Part shown: positions 12,263-24,909 of the stretch, in pieces
Layout of the letters: every line of letters starts with the position of its first letter
How positions within the stretch are numbered: the first letter of the stretch is position 1
Source: the human T2T-CHM13v2.0 reference genome, Homo sapiens
Length of the DNA stretch: 64,000 nt
NCBI RefSeq assembly: GCF_009914755.1
Contig: NC_060944.1
Reading direction: 5' to 3' (one strand)
Program-made: the position numbers and the translations under genes
The notes under the pieces: model-generated
What the model saw: the letters and a program-made list of their open reading frames with translations, nothing else
The model's database searches: none
What the model was told of the DNA's origin: nothing

Positions 12263-14337
12263 CCAGGTTTGTCAAAGATCAGATGATTGTAGATATGTGA
12301 TGTTATTTATGAGTCCTCTGTTCTGTTCCATTGGTCCATATATCTGTTTTGGTAGCAGCACCATGCTGTTTTGGTTACTGTAGCCTTGTAGTATAGTTTG
12401 AAGTCAGGTGGCATAATGCTTCCATCTTTGTTCTTTTTGCTTAGGATTGTCTTAGCTATGTGGGCTCTTTTTTGGTTCCATATGAAATTTAAAGTAGTTT
12501 TTTCTAATTCTGTGAAAACAGTCAATGGTAGCTTGACAGGGATACCACTGAATCTATAAATTACTTTAGGCAGTATGGCCATTTTCATGATATTGATTCT
12601 TCCTATCCCTGAGCATGGAATGTTTTTCCATTTGTTTATGTCCTCCTTTATGTCCTTGTGCAGTGGTTTGTAGTTCTCCTTGAAGAGATCCTTCACATCC
12701 CTTGTAAGTTGTGTTCTGATCTTTGACAAACCTGACAAAAACAAGCAATGGGGAAAGGATTCCCTATTTAATAAATGGTGTTGGCAAAACTGGCCAGCCA
12801 TATGCAGAAAACTGAAACTGGACTCCTTCCTTACACCTTATACAAAAATTAACTCAAGATGGATTAAAGACTTAAATGTAAGACCTAAAACCACAAAAAC
12901 CCTAGAAGAAAACCTAGGCAATACCATTCAGGACATAGGCATGGGCAAAGACTTCATGACTAAAACACCAAAAGCAATGGCAACAAAAGCAAAAGGTGAC
13001 AAATGAGATCTAATTAAACTAAAGAGCTTCTGCACAGCAAAAAAACAAAACAAAAACAAAAACAAATACTATCATCAGAGTGAACAGACAACCTACAGAA
13101 TGGGAGAAAATTTTTGCAATCTATCCATCTGACAAAGGGCTAATATCCAGAATCTACAAAGAACTTAAACAAATTTACAAGAAAAAAAAAACCATCAAAA
13201 AGTGGGCGAGGGATATGAACTGACACTTCTCAAAAGAAGACATTTACGCAGCCAACAAACATATGAAAAAAAGCTCATCGTTGTGCACATGTACCCTAAA
13301 ACTTAAAGTATAATAATAATTTAAAAAATGGAAAACTGAAAAACAAACAAACAAACAAACAAAAAAACAGTCATGCAAACTGAAAGTGTGCAAAGCAATC
13401 TTCACACTTGAACTGGTCTTGAAAGATGCCTATTAGATTGCTGGGTGGGAGGCATTTTAAGCCAAGTGATTGCTCCAAAAGCATGCATGCATAATTGCAA
13501 TTGTTCTGTGACTTCTTAAATTTTTATCAAGACATTAAAAATTCTCTTCCTGTTGGCTAAAAAAAAAAAAAGCTCGTCATCACTGGTCATTAGAGAAATG
13601 CAAATCAAAACCACAATGAGATGCCATCTCACACCAGTTAGAATGACCATCATTAAAAAGTCAGGAAACAACAGATACTGGAGAGGATGTGGAGAAATGG
13701 GAATGCTTTTTCACTGTTGGTGGGAGTGTAAATTACTTCAACCATTGTAGAAGACAATGTGGCAATTCCTCAAGGATCTAGAACCAGAAATGTCATTTGA
13801 CCCAGCAATCCCATTACTGGGTATATACCCAAAGGATTATAAATCATTCTACTATAAAGACACATGCACATGTATGTTTATTGTGACACTATTCACAATA
13901 GCAAAAACTTGGAACCAACCCAAATGCCCATCAATGATAGACTGGATAAAGAACATGTGGCACATATATAACATGGAATACTATGCAGCCATCAAAAAAG
14001 GGTGAGTTTGTGTCCTTTGCAGGGACATGGATGAAGCTGGAAACCATCATTCTCAGCAAATTAACACAAGAACAGAGAACCAAACACAGCATATTCTCAC
14101 TCATAAGTGGAAGTTGAAGAATGAGATCACATGAACACAGGGAGGGGAGCATCACACACCGGGGCCTGTCAGGGTGTGAGGGACTGATGGAGAGATAGCA
14201 CTAGGAGAAATACTTAATGTAGATGACAGGTTGATAGGTGCAGCAAACCACCATGGCACGTGTATACCCATGTAACAAACCTGCATGTTCTGCACATTTA
14301 TCCCAGAACTTAAAATATAATAAAAAAAATTTTTTTT
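12263..14337 (+). mobile_element. 5'-truncated L1PA7/8-like element with 5' inversion (inverted 12263-12712; sense 12715-14337)
   Basis: ORF2 C-terminal peptides on both strands, L1PA 3'UTR and A tail at ~14315-14329, TSD aaatcaagt (12254-12262) / aaatcaaat (14338-14346). Confidence 0.93.
13280..13571 (+). mobile_element. Very short young L1 (L1PA2-4-type 3' tip) with 3' transduction, nested in the older L1
   Basis: gttgtgcacatgtaccctaaaacttaaagtataataat, then A/(AAAC)n tail, ~190 bp of non-L1 sequence, ATTAAA (13534-13539) and poly-A; TSD aaaaaaagctc(a/g)tc at 13266-13279 and 13565-13578. Confidence 0.88.
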
Positions 14338-14630
14338 AAATCAAATGCAAGCGGTTTGCCAGGAAATACCAGTAGGAAATGAGAAAGTGATGCAAACCAG
14401 CAAGAGGAGAGGAAGCTGGAGCATTTTCCTCCAAACCCTGGCCATCAATGGTTGAAGGTTATTTCCAGGGATGCCAACTTTGTGGCACTTCTGGCTTGTC
14501 CTGAGTAATTGTAGAAAGGGCTCCTATATCCAGAGACAAAACATACAAACAAAACCCTCTCAGCAGAGAGCCTTAGGTGTTTGAAATAAGCAGCCTTCAG
14601 TGTGTGTAGGTGACTACCACAGGAATCTCG

Positions 14631-14948
14631 GCAGGGCACTGGCATCATTTGCACTTGTGGGGGGCTGCACTAAACTCCTTTGTAGTTTATAAAGCATTGA
14701 ACACATGATGATATTTCTAAGCTCCTTTCACCATTCTTTTTCTCTGCTGCCCCCACAAACTACCATAGTAATAATCTATCACAAGTATGGAATGCTGCTG
14801 CTGGTGTATAATTTATTGTGCTCAGCTCTTTCCTTTCATCAGTTATTTCTTTATTCAATCATTCAACCAAAATGTATAGAACATTCCCCAATCCCAGGAG
14901 CTGCAATAGGTGCTGGGGGCAAAAGCATGAACCAAACAGGTGCTACCT
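14631..14948 (+). repeat. 318-bp direct duplication, copy 1
   Basis: Matches 15663-15979 with about 10 differences by eye. Confidence 0.95.
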
Positions 14949-15660
14949 CTGCCCTTATGGGGAGGATAGACAAGTGAGGGGCCAGGCAAGGGTTGAACAA
15001 TTGTATAAATAAATGTGTATACCGGGATGAGGCTCCTGATGGATAAACTGCACCTCTCAATGATCTGATTAATTGGTAGTTCAGAGAAAAATGCCCAAGA
15101 AAATGACATTCAAGCTGAGACTTGGAGGATGAGCAGAAGAAAACTAAGAGAAAAGAAGGAGCAAAGTATTCAAGTAGAAGTAATAGTAGGTGCAAAGTTT
15201 CTGTGGGAAGACAGAACACATACACTTGGAGGAACTCAGAGTAGATCAGTGTAGCTGGGCCATGAGGAGTCAGGCAGGTGTGAGGTGAGAGTGGTAGGGA
15301 GAAGCTTGCAGACCAACAAGGATGCATGAAGGGTATGTGTAGTGGGAAGCCCTGAAAAGTTCAAGCTACAGCCAAGGGGTAGAGAAGGGTGAAGAGTTGA
15401 ATTACGTTTTAAATGATTGTTCAGGTTCCAGAGTTCTAAATTGTTGCAGTAGGTCAGCTACAATCAGGGAGACCAGTGAAGAGGCTATTCCAGGAACTTA
15501 GTGATGAGGGGAAAGTAGCCCGGGAGGATGGCAGGAGTAGCAACAGAAGACATGAGTGGAGGAGGGAAATCCCGAGGAGGAAAAACAAAAAGACTTGAGT
15601 TTATGAGTGTGAGGAGTGAAGAGAGGAAGGTGCCAAGAAGAACTGAACTTCTGTGTTTCT
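14845..15660 (-). mobile_element. L2 LINE 3' fragment
   Basis: tttattcaatcattcaaccaaaatgtat...tgacattcaagctgagacttggaggatgag...gggagaccagtgaagaggctatt. Confidence 0.7.
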
Positions 15661-15662
15661 GA

Positions 15663-15979
15663 GCAGGGCACTGGCATCATTTGCATTTGTGGGGGGCTGC
15701 ACTAAACTCCTTTGCAGTTTATAAAGCATTGAACACATGATGACATTTCTAAGCTCTTTCACCATTCTTTTTCTCTGCTGCCCCCACAAACTACCATAAT
15801 AATAATCTATCACAAGTATGGAATGCTGCTGCTGGTTTATAATTTATTGTGCTCAGCTCTTTCCTTTCATCATTTATTTCTTTATTCAATCATTCAACCA
15901 AAATGTATAGAACATTCCCCAATCCCAGGAGCTGCAATGGGTCCTGGGGGCAAAAGCATGAACCAAACAGGTGCTACCT
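15663..15979 (+). repeat. 318-bp direct duplication, copy 2
   Basis: Matches 14631-14948; the ORF track shows the twin peptides MLLLVYNLLCSALSFH and MQMMPVPC. Confidence 0.95.
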
Positions 15980-16019
15980 GCCCATTTCTGTGCTACTCAA
16001 ATGAAGCAGATGGCATCAT

Positions 16020-16200
16020 TAATTTGTTTAACGCTTACTCAGCTTCTAAGGATGGGTACTAATAGTATCTTGCTCATTTTATGAATAAGGAAACAGCAGC
16101 TCAGACAGGTTAAGAAATGTGCCCAAGGGCATACAGCTAACAAGTGGCAAAGCAAGGCCGTAAATGAAGGGCAGGTGGGCATTACAACCGAGACTCTATC
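16020..16200 (-). mobile_element. MIR SINE
   Basis: cattttatgaataaggaaacagcagctcagacaggttaagaaatgtgcccaagggcatacagctaacaagtggc. Confidence 0.75.
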
Positions 16201-17114
16201 ACCCTCTTCATGGCACCTTCTCCATTACCCGTCCTATGCTACTGGCTTCCTCATGGTGTCTTTGTTTGTCTATATGCTTTCTCTCCAATTATACACAGCC
16301 ACTGTGTAGCTGTTATCTTCTTGGGAACCTTCTCAGTACTGGGCGCCATCCAATAAACTAATCAATAAAACTAATTTGTGCCAACGGGGGCCAGATGCAC
16401 ATATTTTATTACAGGCTTTCTGAACAGTGCCTTTGTGTGACACTTCATGAACAGCACTCAGGACTTCCACACATGACCTGGTAGCTGGTGGCCTCACTAA
16501 AAATCTTGCATGGAGTTTCTCTCCCGACCCATCTACTGCAGCACTGGCTCTGTTGGAAGGAAAGGGCTTAGGGTCATGTCAGAGTCCCCAAGCAAACTGC
16601 CTTCATCCCTAAGATCAGGTTCAAGAAGAAACAGAATGAGAAGCCCGTGTTGTTCATTCTTTGTAACTTTAGCAGCCGTCCTACTTAAAAGCACACTCTA
16701 GAAAGAGACTCTGATGGGCCTGGGATTTTCTAGAAGCTGTCAGCAAGCTCTCAACTTATAAATCAGGAATTTTAAATGAAATCTGGACTCCTAGGGAATA
16801 CTCAAAACAACTTTTATTTCCAAACATGGTTCTTTATATTATAAAAAAGTAATAGTAATTCTAATAAACCCAATGTATTCACATATTGCACTCATGAAGA
16901 TTTTTTTCATTCTCAGAAATCACCTAAAGTGAGCAACACAAGAAATCTAAAGGAAAGTTGTTGTCCAAATTTAATGCAAACTTGTACAGATGACCCAGCC
17001 CTGTTAACTCAGTACCACAAATATTCTCAAGAGTTTTCAGATATTCTCTCTCCTCCTGTGGAGACTCTGTGGCTGGAGTGGGACCTCACCACAAAGAAAG
17101 TACCAAACACTCTT

Positions 17115-17577
17115 TTGTTTTAGATTTTTTTAATTTTTAATTTTTGTAGATACATACTAAGTGTATATATTTATGGGGTATAAGGGGTATTTTGATACAG
17201 GCATACAATGATTAATAATTACATCAGGGTAAATAAGATATCCATCACCTCAAGCATTTATCCTTTTTGTTACAAACAATCCAATTATACTCTTTTAGTT
17301 ACTTTTAAGTGTACAATTAAATTATTATTGACTATAGTCACTCTGTTGTACTATCAAATATTAAATTTGATTCATTTTTTCTATTTTTTGTACCCATTAA
17401 CCATCCCTACCTCCCCCTGACCTCCCCCAGCTACCCCTCCCAGCCTCTGGTAACCATTGTTCTATTCTCTATCTCCATGAGTTCAATCGTTTTAATTTTC
17501 AGCCCCCACAGATAAGTGAGAACATGCCAAATTTGTTTTTCTGTCCCTGGCTTATTTCACTTAACATAATGACCTCC
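17115..17577 (-). mobile_element. L1MA (L1MA2/3-like) 3' end
   Basis: T-rich tail then gtatatatttatgggg...atccatcacctcaagcatttatcc...; 16-bp TSD agtaccaa(a/g)cactctt at 17099-17114 and 17578-17593. Confidence 0.9.
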
Positions 17578-18448
17578 AGTACCAAGCACTCTTAAGTAGC
17601 TACACGTAGTTATGTGTCAAGAGAAGGTTTGTGCCTCACTAAGACCCTGATGAGTTAATCTGCTCAACACCACTGATATGCAGTCAGTAGGAAGTGCCAT
17701 ACCAAAGGGCAGTGGTCAGGGCGCTGTGTTTAATAATCACCTCCATCTCAGGTACACACCCTGTGAGCTCAGAAGCAGGTGCAGTCAGGATGAGAACTTC
17801 ATTTGGCTGCTTGTTTTTGAGTGCATAGCTTTCCTGCCAGCCTTTGTCTTCTTTTCCTTCAATGACTGGCTTACTGTCAACAGATAGATAAAGAAAAACA
17901 TTCCCAATAAAGTCCCTTTTAAGTATTTGATCCTCTGAATAGATGAAGAATGATGTTTAAAAAGACACCCTCCATCAGACTTCTGCAGAGGAGTTATTTT
18001 GTGACAAAAACCTATTCTGATTGAGAACATTACAGAAACATTAAAAATTCTTCCTCCAAAGCTTGGAAATTATGTTTTTCAAAATCCCTCAGAGGCTTTG
18101 ATAAAGTCTCTAAATCTGAGCCATCTTGAGTTTGCTATTGGTTCTGATTTTTAGAAAGACAAATTGTCATTCTAGGGCCATAGCAAGTTCTTTTCCATTT
18201 CCCTGGAAAACAGAGCAAAGAAAAAGTAATGCCCATTTCAGCAAGGATCATATTTTAGTGTTTTAGGAAAAAGTTGGAAATACAAAAATATAAGCTGGGC
18301 TAAATTTTCATAATAAATGCCTTAAATGGTAACATGAATACTTTGTGTGATGGTAGAAACACGGGCAAGATCTCATTTACCACTGGAAAGGTCTGCCAAA
18401 GGAGTGATCTCCACATTGAGTAGGCTCCATATGCTTAGGGCATATATG

Positions 18449-18688
18449 GTATATTAGCCAGGATTCTTCAGAGAAACAGAACTAACAGGACACGTATACA
18501 CACATATATGTAAACAAAGTTTTTTATATAAAATATATATATATCCACAGATATTGAGAGATAGATTGATTGACTGATTGATTGGTGTAAACAAATAAAT
18601 TGGCTCCCACAATTACAGAAGCTAAAAAGTCGCACGATCTACTATCTGCAAGCTGTGTATCAGGAAAGTTGGTGGTGTAGTTCTAGTC
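18449..18688 (-). mobile_element. MLT2 (ERV-L) LTR, 3' part
   Basis: tattagccaggattcttcagagaaacagaactaacagga, an internal (TA)/(GATT) tract, then tggctcccacaattacagaagct. Confidence 0.8.
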
Positions 18689-18968
18689 ATCCTGAATATG
18701 AAAGAAATAGCACCATACTTTGGATGCTGATTTGGAGGATATGTAGCCTTGTGGAGTACCTTGCCCCCTAGCTGGTGCTGTAATTAAATCCTCCAAAGGC
18801 CATTTTGTCATTTTATCAAGCCAGCTGCTTCAAGATGGTGGGAAACATGGTGAGACCAGTGAATTCCATAAGCATCGGCTCATTGTGACACTCCATTGCA
18901 GTGAAGTTAATTCCTTGATCAGAAGCAATGATGTATGAAATACCATGGAGGTGGACAAGGCATTCACA
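18689..18968 (-). pseudogene. pol: ERV-L integrase fragment joined to the MLT2 LTR by an internal deletion
   Basis: Minus strand reads IASDQGINFTAMEC...GIHWSHHVSHHLEAAGLIK...NQHPKYGAISF, typical of ERV-L integrase. Confidence 0.85.
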
Positions 18969-19089
18969 TACAGTCACTACGCTCTTTGCTTCTTATAAGT
19001 GATTGATCAGTAGCATTCAATCTTCAGTGAATATTTTGCATATCTCTAGGAATAAAATAAAGATAGCCATGTCGGTAATTTCCACCTAA

Positions 19090-20340
19090 ATTGTTGATAG
19101 TCAATGCTGTAAGTGAATGAAATTATTGCAAGCATTGAAGAGGAAGAAATAAAATAGTCATTATTTACTGATGATATGATTATCTACATTGAAAAATATC
19201 CCAATATACAAACTATTTATTACTACAAATTCAGAAAGATTGAAAGACTGCTAGATATCTGATCAATATGCATCAGCAGCTAATTAGAAAATATAATAAT
19301 GATGATAATAACAGTAATAAACCCATAATTAAAACCAACAAAAATGCTTTGAGATAAGAAATATTTATCAAAAGGAAGAGATCATGTCTTTTGTGGGAAC
19401 ATGAGTGGACTGGAGGCTATTATCCTCAGCAAACTAACGCAGAACAGAAAACTAAATATCACACGTTCTCACTTATAAGTGGGAGCTAAATGATGAGAAT
19501 ATACGGACACAAAGAAGGAAACAACAGACACTGGGGCCTACTTAAGGGCAAAGGGTGGGGGGGGGGGAGAGGAGCAAAGGGTGGGAGCGGGGAGAGGAGC
19601 AGAAGAGACAACTATTGGGAACTGGGCTTAATTCCTGGGCGATGAAATAATCTGTACGACACACCTCGAGACATGAGTTTACCTATGTAACAAACCTTTA
19701 CGTGCACCTCTGAACCTAAAATAAAAGTTAGGAAAAAAATAAATATTTATCTATCAAAATAAGTATAAAACCTTCATGGGGAAAAACGTAAGACTTTAGT
19801 GAAATATATACCAAAAAATCTAAATAAAAGGAATGATTATAGCATGTTCATAGATAGGATGTTGAAATTGCAACTACTCTGTAACTCCAGCAATTTTATT
19901 TCCAGGCATATACCTTAGAAGAATTATCAGAAATGAACACTGAGAGATGATTTAGAATATTCATTGTAGAACTGTATATAAAGGAAAAATAAAAATCAAG
20001 TAGCTTAACTGTCAATCAATAGAAGAAATGTGTGTATGTGTGTATATATACATATATATGTGCCACATATATATAACAGTATTTAAATAAAATGGGAAAA
20101 TATACCACAATCAAAACATATGCACAAATATGTGTGAATTTAAAACAACGTTGATTCAGAAATGAAGATTGGGAAGAAATATACAGAGTATGATGCTGTG
20201 TAAAATTTTAAAACAAAGAAAATGAGACTGTGTACTTTCAATGAATATTCTTTTATGTAGTAAAAGTATAAAACTATGGCTGGTAAAAATGCATGCCACA
20301 TTGTGGATCATGACTACCTCTGGGTCAGAAGGAAATGTGA
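19090..20340 (+). mobile_element. Highly decayed L1M (L1ME-like) ORF2/3' fragments
   Basis: aaaatagtcattatttactgatgatatgattatctacattgaaaa (the LFADDMI motif region) and ccagcaattttatttccaggcatatacc. Confidence 0.65.
19370..19740 (+). mobile_element. L1PA13/14-like 3' end
   Basis: gagatcatgtcttttgtgggaacatg...cttataagtgggagctaaatgatgag...aacctaaaataaaagtt; TSD aaatatttatc at 19359-19369 and 19741-19751. Confidence 0.88.
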
Positions 20341-20367
20341 TGGGTAAAGGAATCAACTCCATGTGGA

Positions 20368-20711
20368 ATTTTATTTTATTTTATTTTATTTTATTTTATT
20401 TTATTTTATTTTATTTTATTTTATTTTATTACGACAAGGTCTGGCTCTGTCGCCTAGGCTGGAGTGCATTGTGGTAATCTTGGCTTACTGCAACCTCTGC
20501 CTCCCAGACTCAACCAGTCCTCCCACCTCAGCCTCCCAAGTAGCTGGGACTACAAGTACGTGCCATCAAGCCTGGCCAATTTTTGTATTTTCAGTAGAGA
20601 AGGGTTTCACCATGTTGCCCAGGCTGGTCTCGAACTCCTGGGTTCAAGCAATCCACCCTTCTTGGCCTCCTAAAGTGTTGGGATTACAGGCATGATCCAC
20701 TGTACCCAGTC
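20368..20711 (-). mobile_element. AluJ with (TTTTA)n tail
   Basis: Alu dimer on the minus strand with ctcgaactcctgggttcaagcaatcc; tail 20368-20428 is ~12 TTTTA units. Confidence 0.93.
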
Positions 20712-21670
20712 AGAATATTTTATTTCTTAAGAAAAAAGAAAAAAAAGGAGAATCTGAAATAAACTATGTTGATATTTGTTAAATATGAATGGTGTGTTAG
20801 TTGTGCCATTAGTTAAATTCATAATCAATTATTGCTCTCAATTTATTTCATCCCTGATTGTTTCATTGTAGAAATTAACCTTCCCATAAGTGATAGTCAC
20901 CTAAATGGCAGGAACTGTACCATATACTTTTGTTTCTCCCAAAGTCCTTAGCACAGTGCTGTACTCACAGGTAATATGCAGTGAATGCATTTGTTTTAAT
21001 TCTGATGAAAAATAGGGAACACTCTAAGTTACAATGAAAACCAGCAGAGGAAACCTCCTGGAAGTTATTAGCTGCATTCTCACTGTATCCTGGCAGAGCT
21101 TTGCACTGAGATCTCTCAAGAGTTCTTCTCACCAAAACTTTAATTCCAAAATAAGTAATCAGCCACCTCTATAGTGCAGACCAGAGTGTGGTGAGTTCTC
21201 TCAAAACACCTCTTGAGTGTTTAGAAACGATGTACCTGATCCTAAGCACATCCATATAATCTCCCTGACAAAGGTGCCATTTTTTTATTAACCCACTTTA
21301 TAAAAACCCTGAATATTTGTTCCCTTTCTTAGTCTCCACTCAGTGGTTTAAGAATTAATTACAAATCTTTTACCAGGCCTCATAGCAGAAAAATAGTAAG
21401 AAGTCCTCTGTGCAGGTAAGCCTACTAGAAACATAGTTGGCTCCAAATGCAGTTTCCATAGTGGGCCTCCTTCTGAATGTCTGTGCTGATCTCATGGCCT
21501 CATACCACCAGAAGTTTGTAAAAAAGGACAACTAATCACTTGCTACAACTTGTCTTCAAGCAACGATAGAAGGAACTAGATCATCAATAACAAGAATTCA
21601 AGAATCACACACACCCCACTCCTTTGGAGGATACAGGATGGGTATATAAATATGCAAATAATGAAAGTGA

Positions 21671-22153
<483 letters not shown>

Positions 22154-22245
22154 GAAAAGGTCGACTTTTCATTCCATGCAGAGAAATGAAAATCAGAGAC
22201 CAGTAATTTAATCTAGCATATTGGGCCAAAACTACCTCATTCTCC

Positions 22246-22247
<2 letters not shown>

Positions 22248-22293
<46 letters not shown>
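22248..22293. repeat. (CA)n microsatellite
   Basis: About 20 AC units with one interruption near the end. Confidence 0.97.
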
Positions 22294-22294
<1 letters not shown>

Positions 22295-22469
22295 CAGACA
22301 GCACCCCCGACAGCGGTTTCCAGCATCTGAAATTTCACCAATGCTTAACAACTTCTTTGGATGAGAAATTATTTCTTTGGATGAGAAATATCTTACCGTG
22401 AAGTTAACAAATGAAGCCTTTAATAGTTATAAATAAAAGGAAAGTAATATTAAGTCTAGTCTGTATTGA

Positions 22470-22620
22470 ATAAAACTCTATGAGGTAGCTCTTGTTATCC
22501 TCAGATGAGAAAACTGGTTCAGCACAAAAGGTCGTTGAATATTGCTGAAGGCCTCATGGTTGTCACTGGGATTTAAATCCACATCCCTGTGACAACAAAA
22601 CCCTTGCACTTTCCACCACT
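22470..22620 (-). mobile_element. MIR SINE
   Basis: aactctatgaggtag...cagatgagaaaactgg...ctgggatttaaatcca. Confidence 0.6.
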
Positions 22621-23533
22621 GCATGCGCTTCGTTATCAGTTAATGGAGAACTCAGTAGGCCCTGAAATTGGCACCTCCGAGAGCAATTTTGATGAGGAGT
22701 GAAGAACAGACCACACTAGGGAGCCGCCAATTGTGGACATGGGCAGATTCTGCAGCAAGCCGAGACCCCTGGTGAGGGGACGCAATGGGTGAAATAAGCC
22801 TACCTCACAATTTGGTCTCTGGCTGGTCCCACTGTCAAGCTTGTTAATCTTCCAGATTTGCCAGGTGGCTCTTCATCCAAGACATCAAAGAACAGCCATA
22901 TATAAAGTCACATTGGCCCCACTCCTATTCTGATAAACTTCACTTTGCCCACCATTTCAGAACCCAGGACAGCTCCTCCTTCCCAGCCTACTCTGCAGAA
23001 GAAATGGTGCCCCCAGTAGGTTTTGAAAACTCCACATATAGCTTCCTGGCAATAGTCTAAATCTATAGACAGCAGACAGCATCTGAGAGTGGAAATTTAA
23101 AAAGCTATTAGTTGGTTCTGGTTCTGAGATTGGCATCAAAGGCTAAGTAAATAATGTAATGTTTCTAATCAGAGTCATGCAGATAGCAATTAGGACAGCA
23201 TTACAGGGATTACTCATGTCGATCTCTGTACCTGAGATCAAACTCGGCTAATTTGCCACTCTTATTTTAATTCCATCAATTACAGAAATAAATTGCCAAT
23301 AAAAGCTTATCTTTTGAAAAGGTTTGTTTTAACCTTTTATAAAGCACTTGGGGAAAAGCTAAAGAAGAGCTTCCTAAGCGACTGGTAATTGATCAAGTTT
23401 GGGAAAGAGATGCTGTGAAAAATACTACTTCAAACAACAGCAGAACACTAACAAATGGGGATAAAAGAGGGAGGGAAAGGTTTCCTGGAGTCTTCTGAAG
23501 CAAATAATTTCAGCTTAAAATGGAAATACATGT

Positions 23534-23835
23534 GGACCAGGCGCGGTAGCTCACGCTTGTAATCCCAGCACTTTGGGAGGCTGAAGCAGGCAGATCATGA
23601 GGTCAGGAGTTTGAGACCAGCCTGACCAACATGCTGAAACCCCGTCTCTGTTAAAAATTCAAAAAATAGCCAGGCCTGGTGGTGTGCGCCTATAATCCCA
23701 GCAACTCAGGAGGCTGAGGCAGTAGAATCATTTGAATTTGGGAGGTGGAGGTTGCAGTGAGCTAAGATGGCGCCACTGCACTCCAGCGTGAGAGACAGAG
23801 GGAGACTCCATCTAAAAACAAACAAACAAAAAAAG
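23534..23835 (+). mobile_element. AluS (Sg/Sq-like)
   Basis: Full Alu dimer; TSD aatggaaatacatg at 23519-23532 and 23836-23849. Confidence 0.93.
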
Positions 23836-23914
23836 AATGGAAATACATGGGAAAACTGAAAATTATGTTTAGAACATAATATAAAAATGACCTAACGTGA
23901 AGAAATTGGTCTTT

Positions 23915-24320
23915 TCTACTCATCATCCATTCTGTCACCAAGTATTTGTTGAGCTCTTACTAGGTGCCAAGTTCTAGAAAGACAGCAATAAGCTCCATAG
24001 CAAGGTCCTTGCCTTTGAGGAGCTTGCAGCTTTGTTGGAGAGATGGTCATTAGATAAATATACACATAGGCAAGTACAAAATTATTGTATTAAGAAGAGG
24101 TGGTAGGCGTGAGGGCAGCTATGATGTCATGCAATAAGATGATGTAAGCTAAAATGAAGAGGTCAAAAGAGTGAACCTTCGGGGTAGAGTTGCATAGTGG
24201 ATTAGAGCTAGTCAGGTGGAGGAGAGGGGGATCATTCCACGCAGAAGGAATGGCCTCCTGACCTTGTCACAGGAGGCAGGAAAAACATCAGAAGATCTGA
24301 AAGAAAGCCAGACTGCCCAC
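23915..24320 (-). mobile_element. L2 fragment
   Basis: catcatccattctgtcaccaagtatttgttgagctcttactaggtgccaag...gtccttgcctttgaggagcttgcag. Confidence 0.65.
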
Positions 24321-24909
24321 ATACAGTGGCTGATATTTACTAAGCCCTGACTTCAAATCAGGTTCCATATAAAGCACTTCTCAATATTATCTCATTTTAA
24401 TTAAATTATTCTTAATTTATTTGGCTTCATGAGGTTAAGTCACTTACCTAAGGACAAAGAATCAGTAAGTTTTCTATTTTAGTACCAAGGTATGTCATAA
24501 GGCTCTGGGGAGAAATCACCCAAGTTTTCCTTTTGAGGTGAGGGGTATGTAGTAGAGAAAAGTTGATGGCAAAGGTGGGATCACTGAGGTCTCTTTCAGA
24601 CCCTTAATGGATATCCACTGGCCCAAGGGTTTGTGCTCAGCACTGTGTGATCAGCTGGTGAGACACAGAGAATTCCCAGGTTCTTTTATTAATCCACTAA
24701 GGCAAATATGCAGTTGCTGCAGTCCAAGAATAATGCCATACACATCACAAATGATGGACTAAAAAGAGAGAAATGAAAGGGACAGAGTAGGCTGTTGCAA
24801 TAATGCAGGACTGGCAGAAATGGGAATACCAAGAAAAGTGGTGAAAAGAAGGACTGTGAAGGAAGGTTGGCTGGAATTTAGCAACTGACTGCATGGGGTG
24901 GGGCAGGGG

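Larger units (their letters stand above)
12212..14655 (-). mobile_element. LTR16/33-like LTR split by an L1 insertion (arms ~12212-12262 and ~14338-14655)
   Basis: ggagcagagtataagcacagataaaatcaagt joined to gcaagcggtttgccaggaaatacc reconstructs the LTR; later ggaagctggagcatttt. Confidence 0.55.

Noticed and set aside
22353-22389. ttctttggatgagaaat repeated twice
   Set aside because: A simple 20-bp slippage duplication with no further structure.
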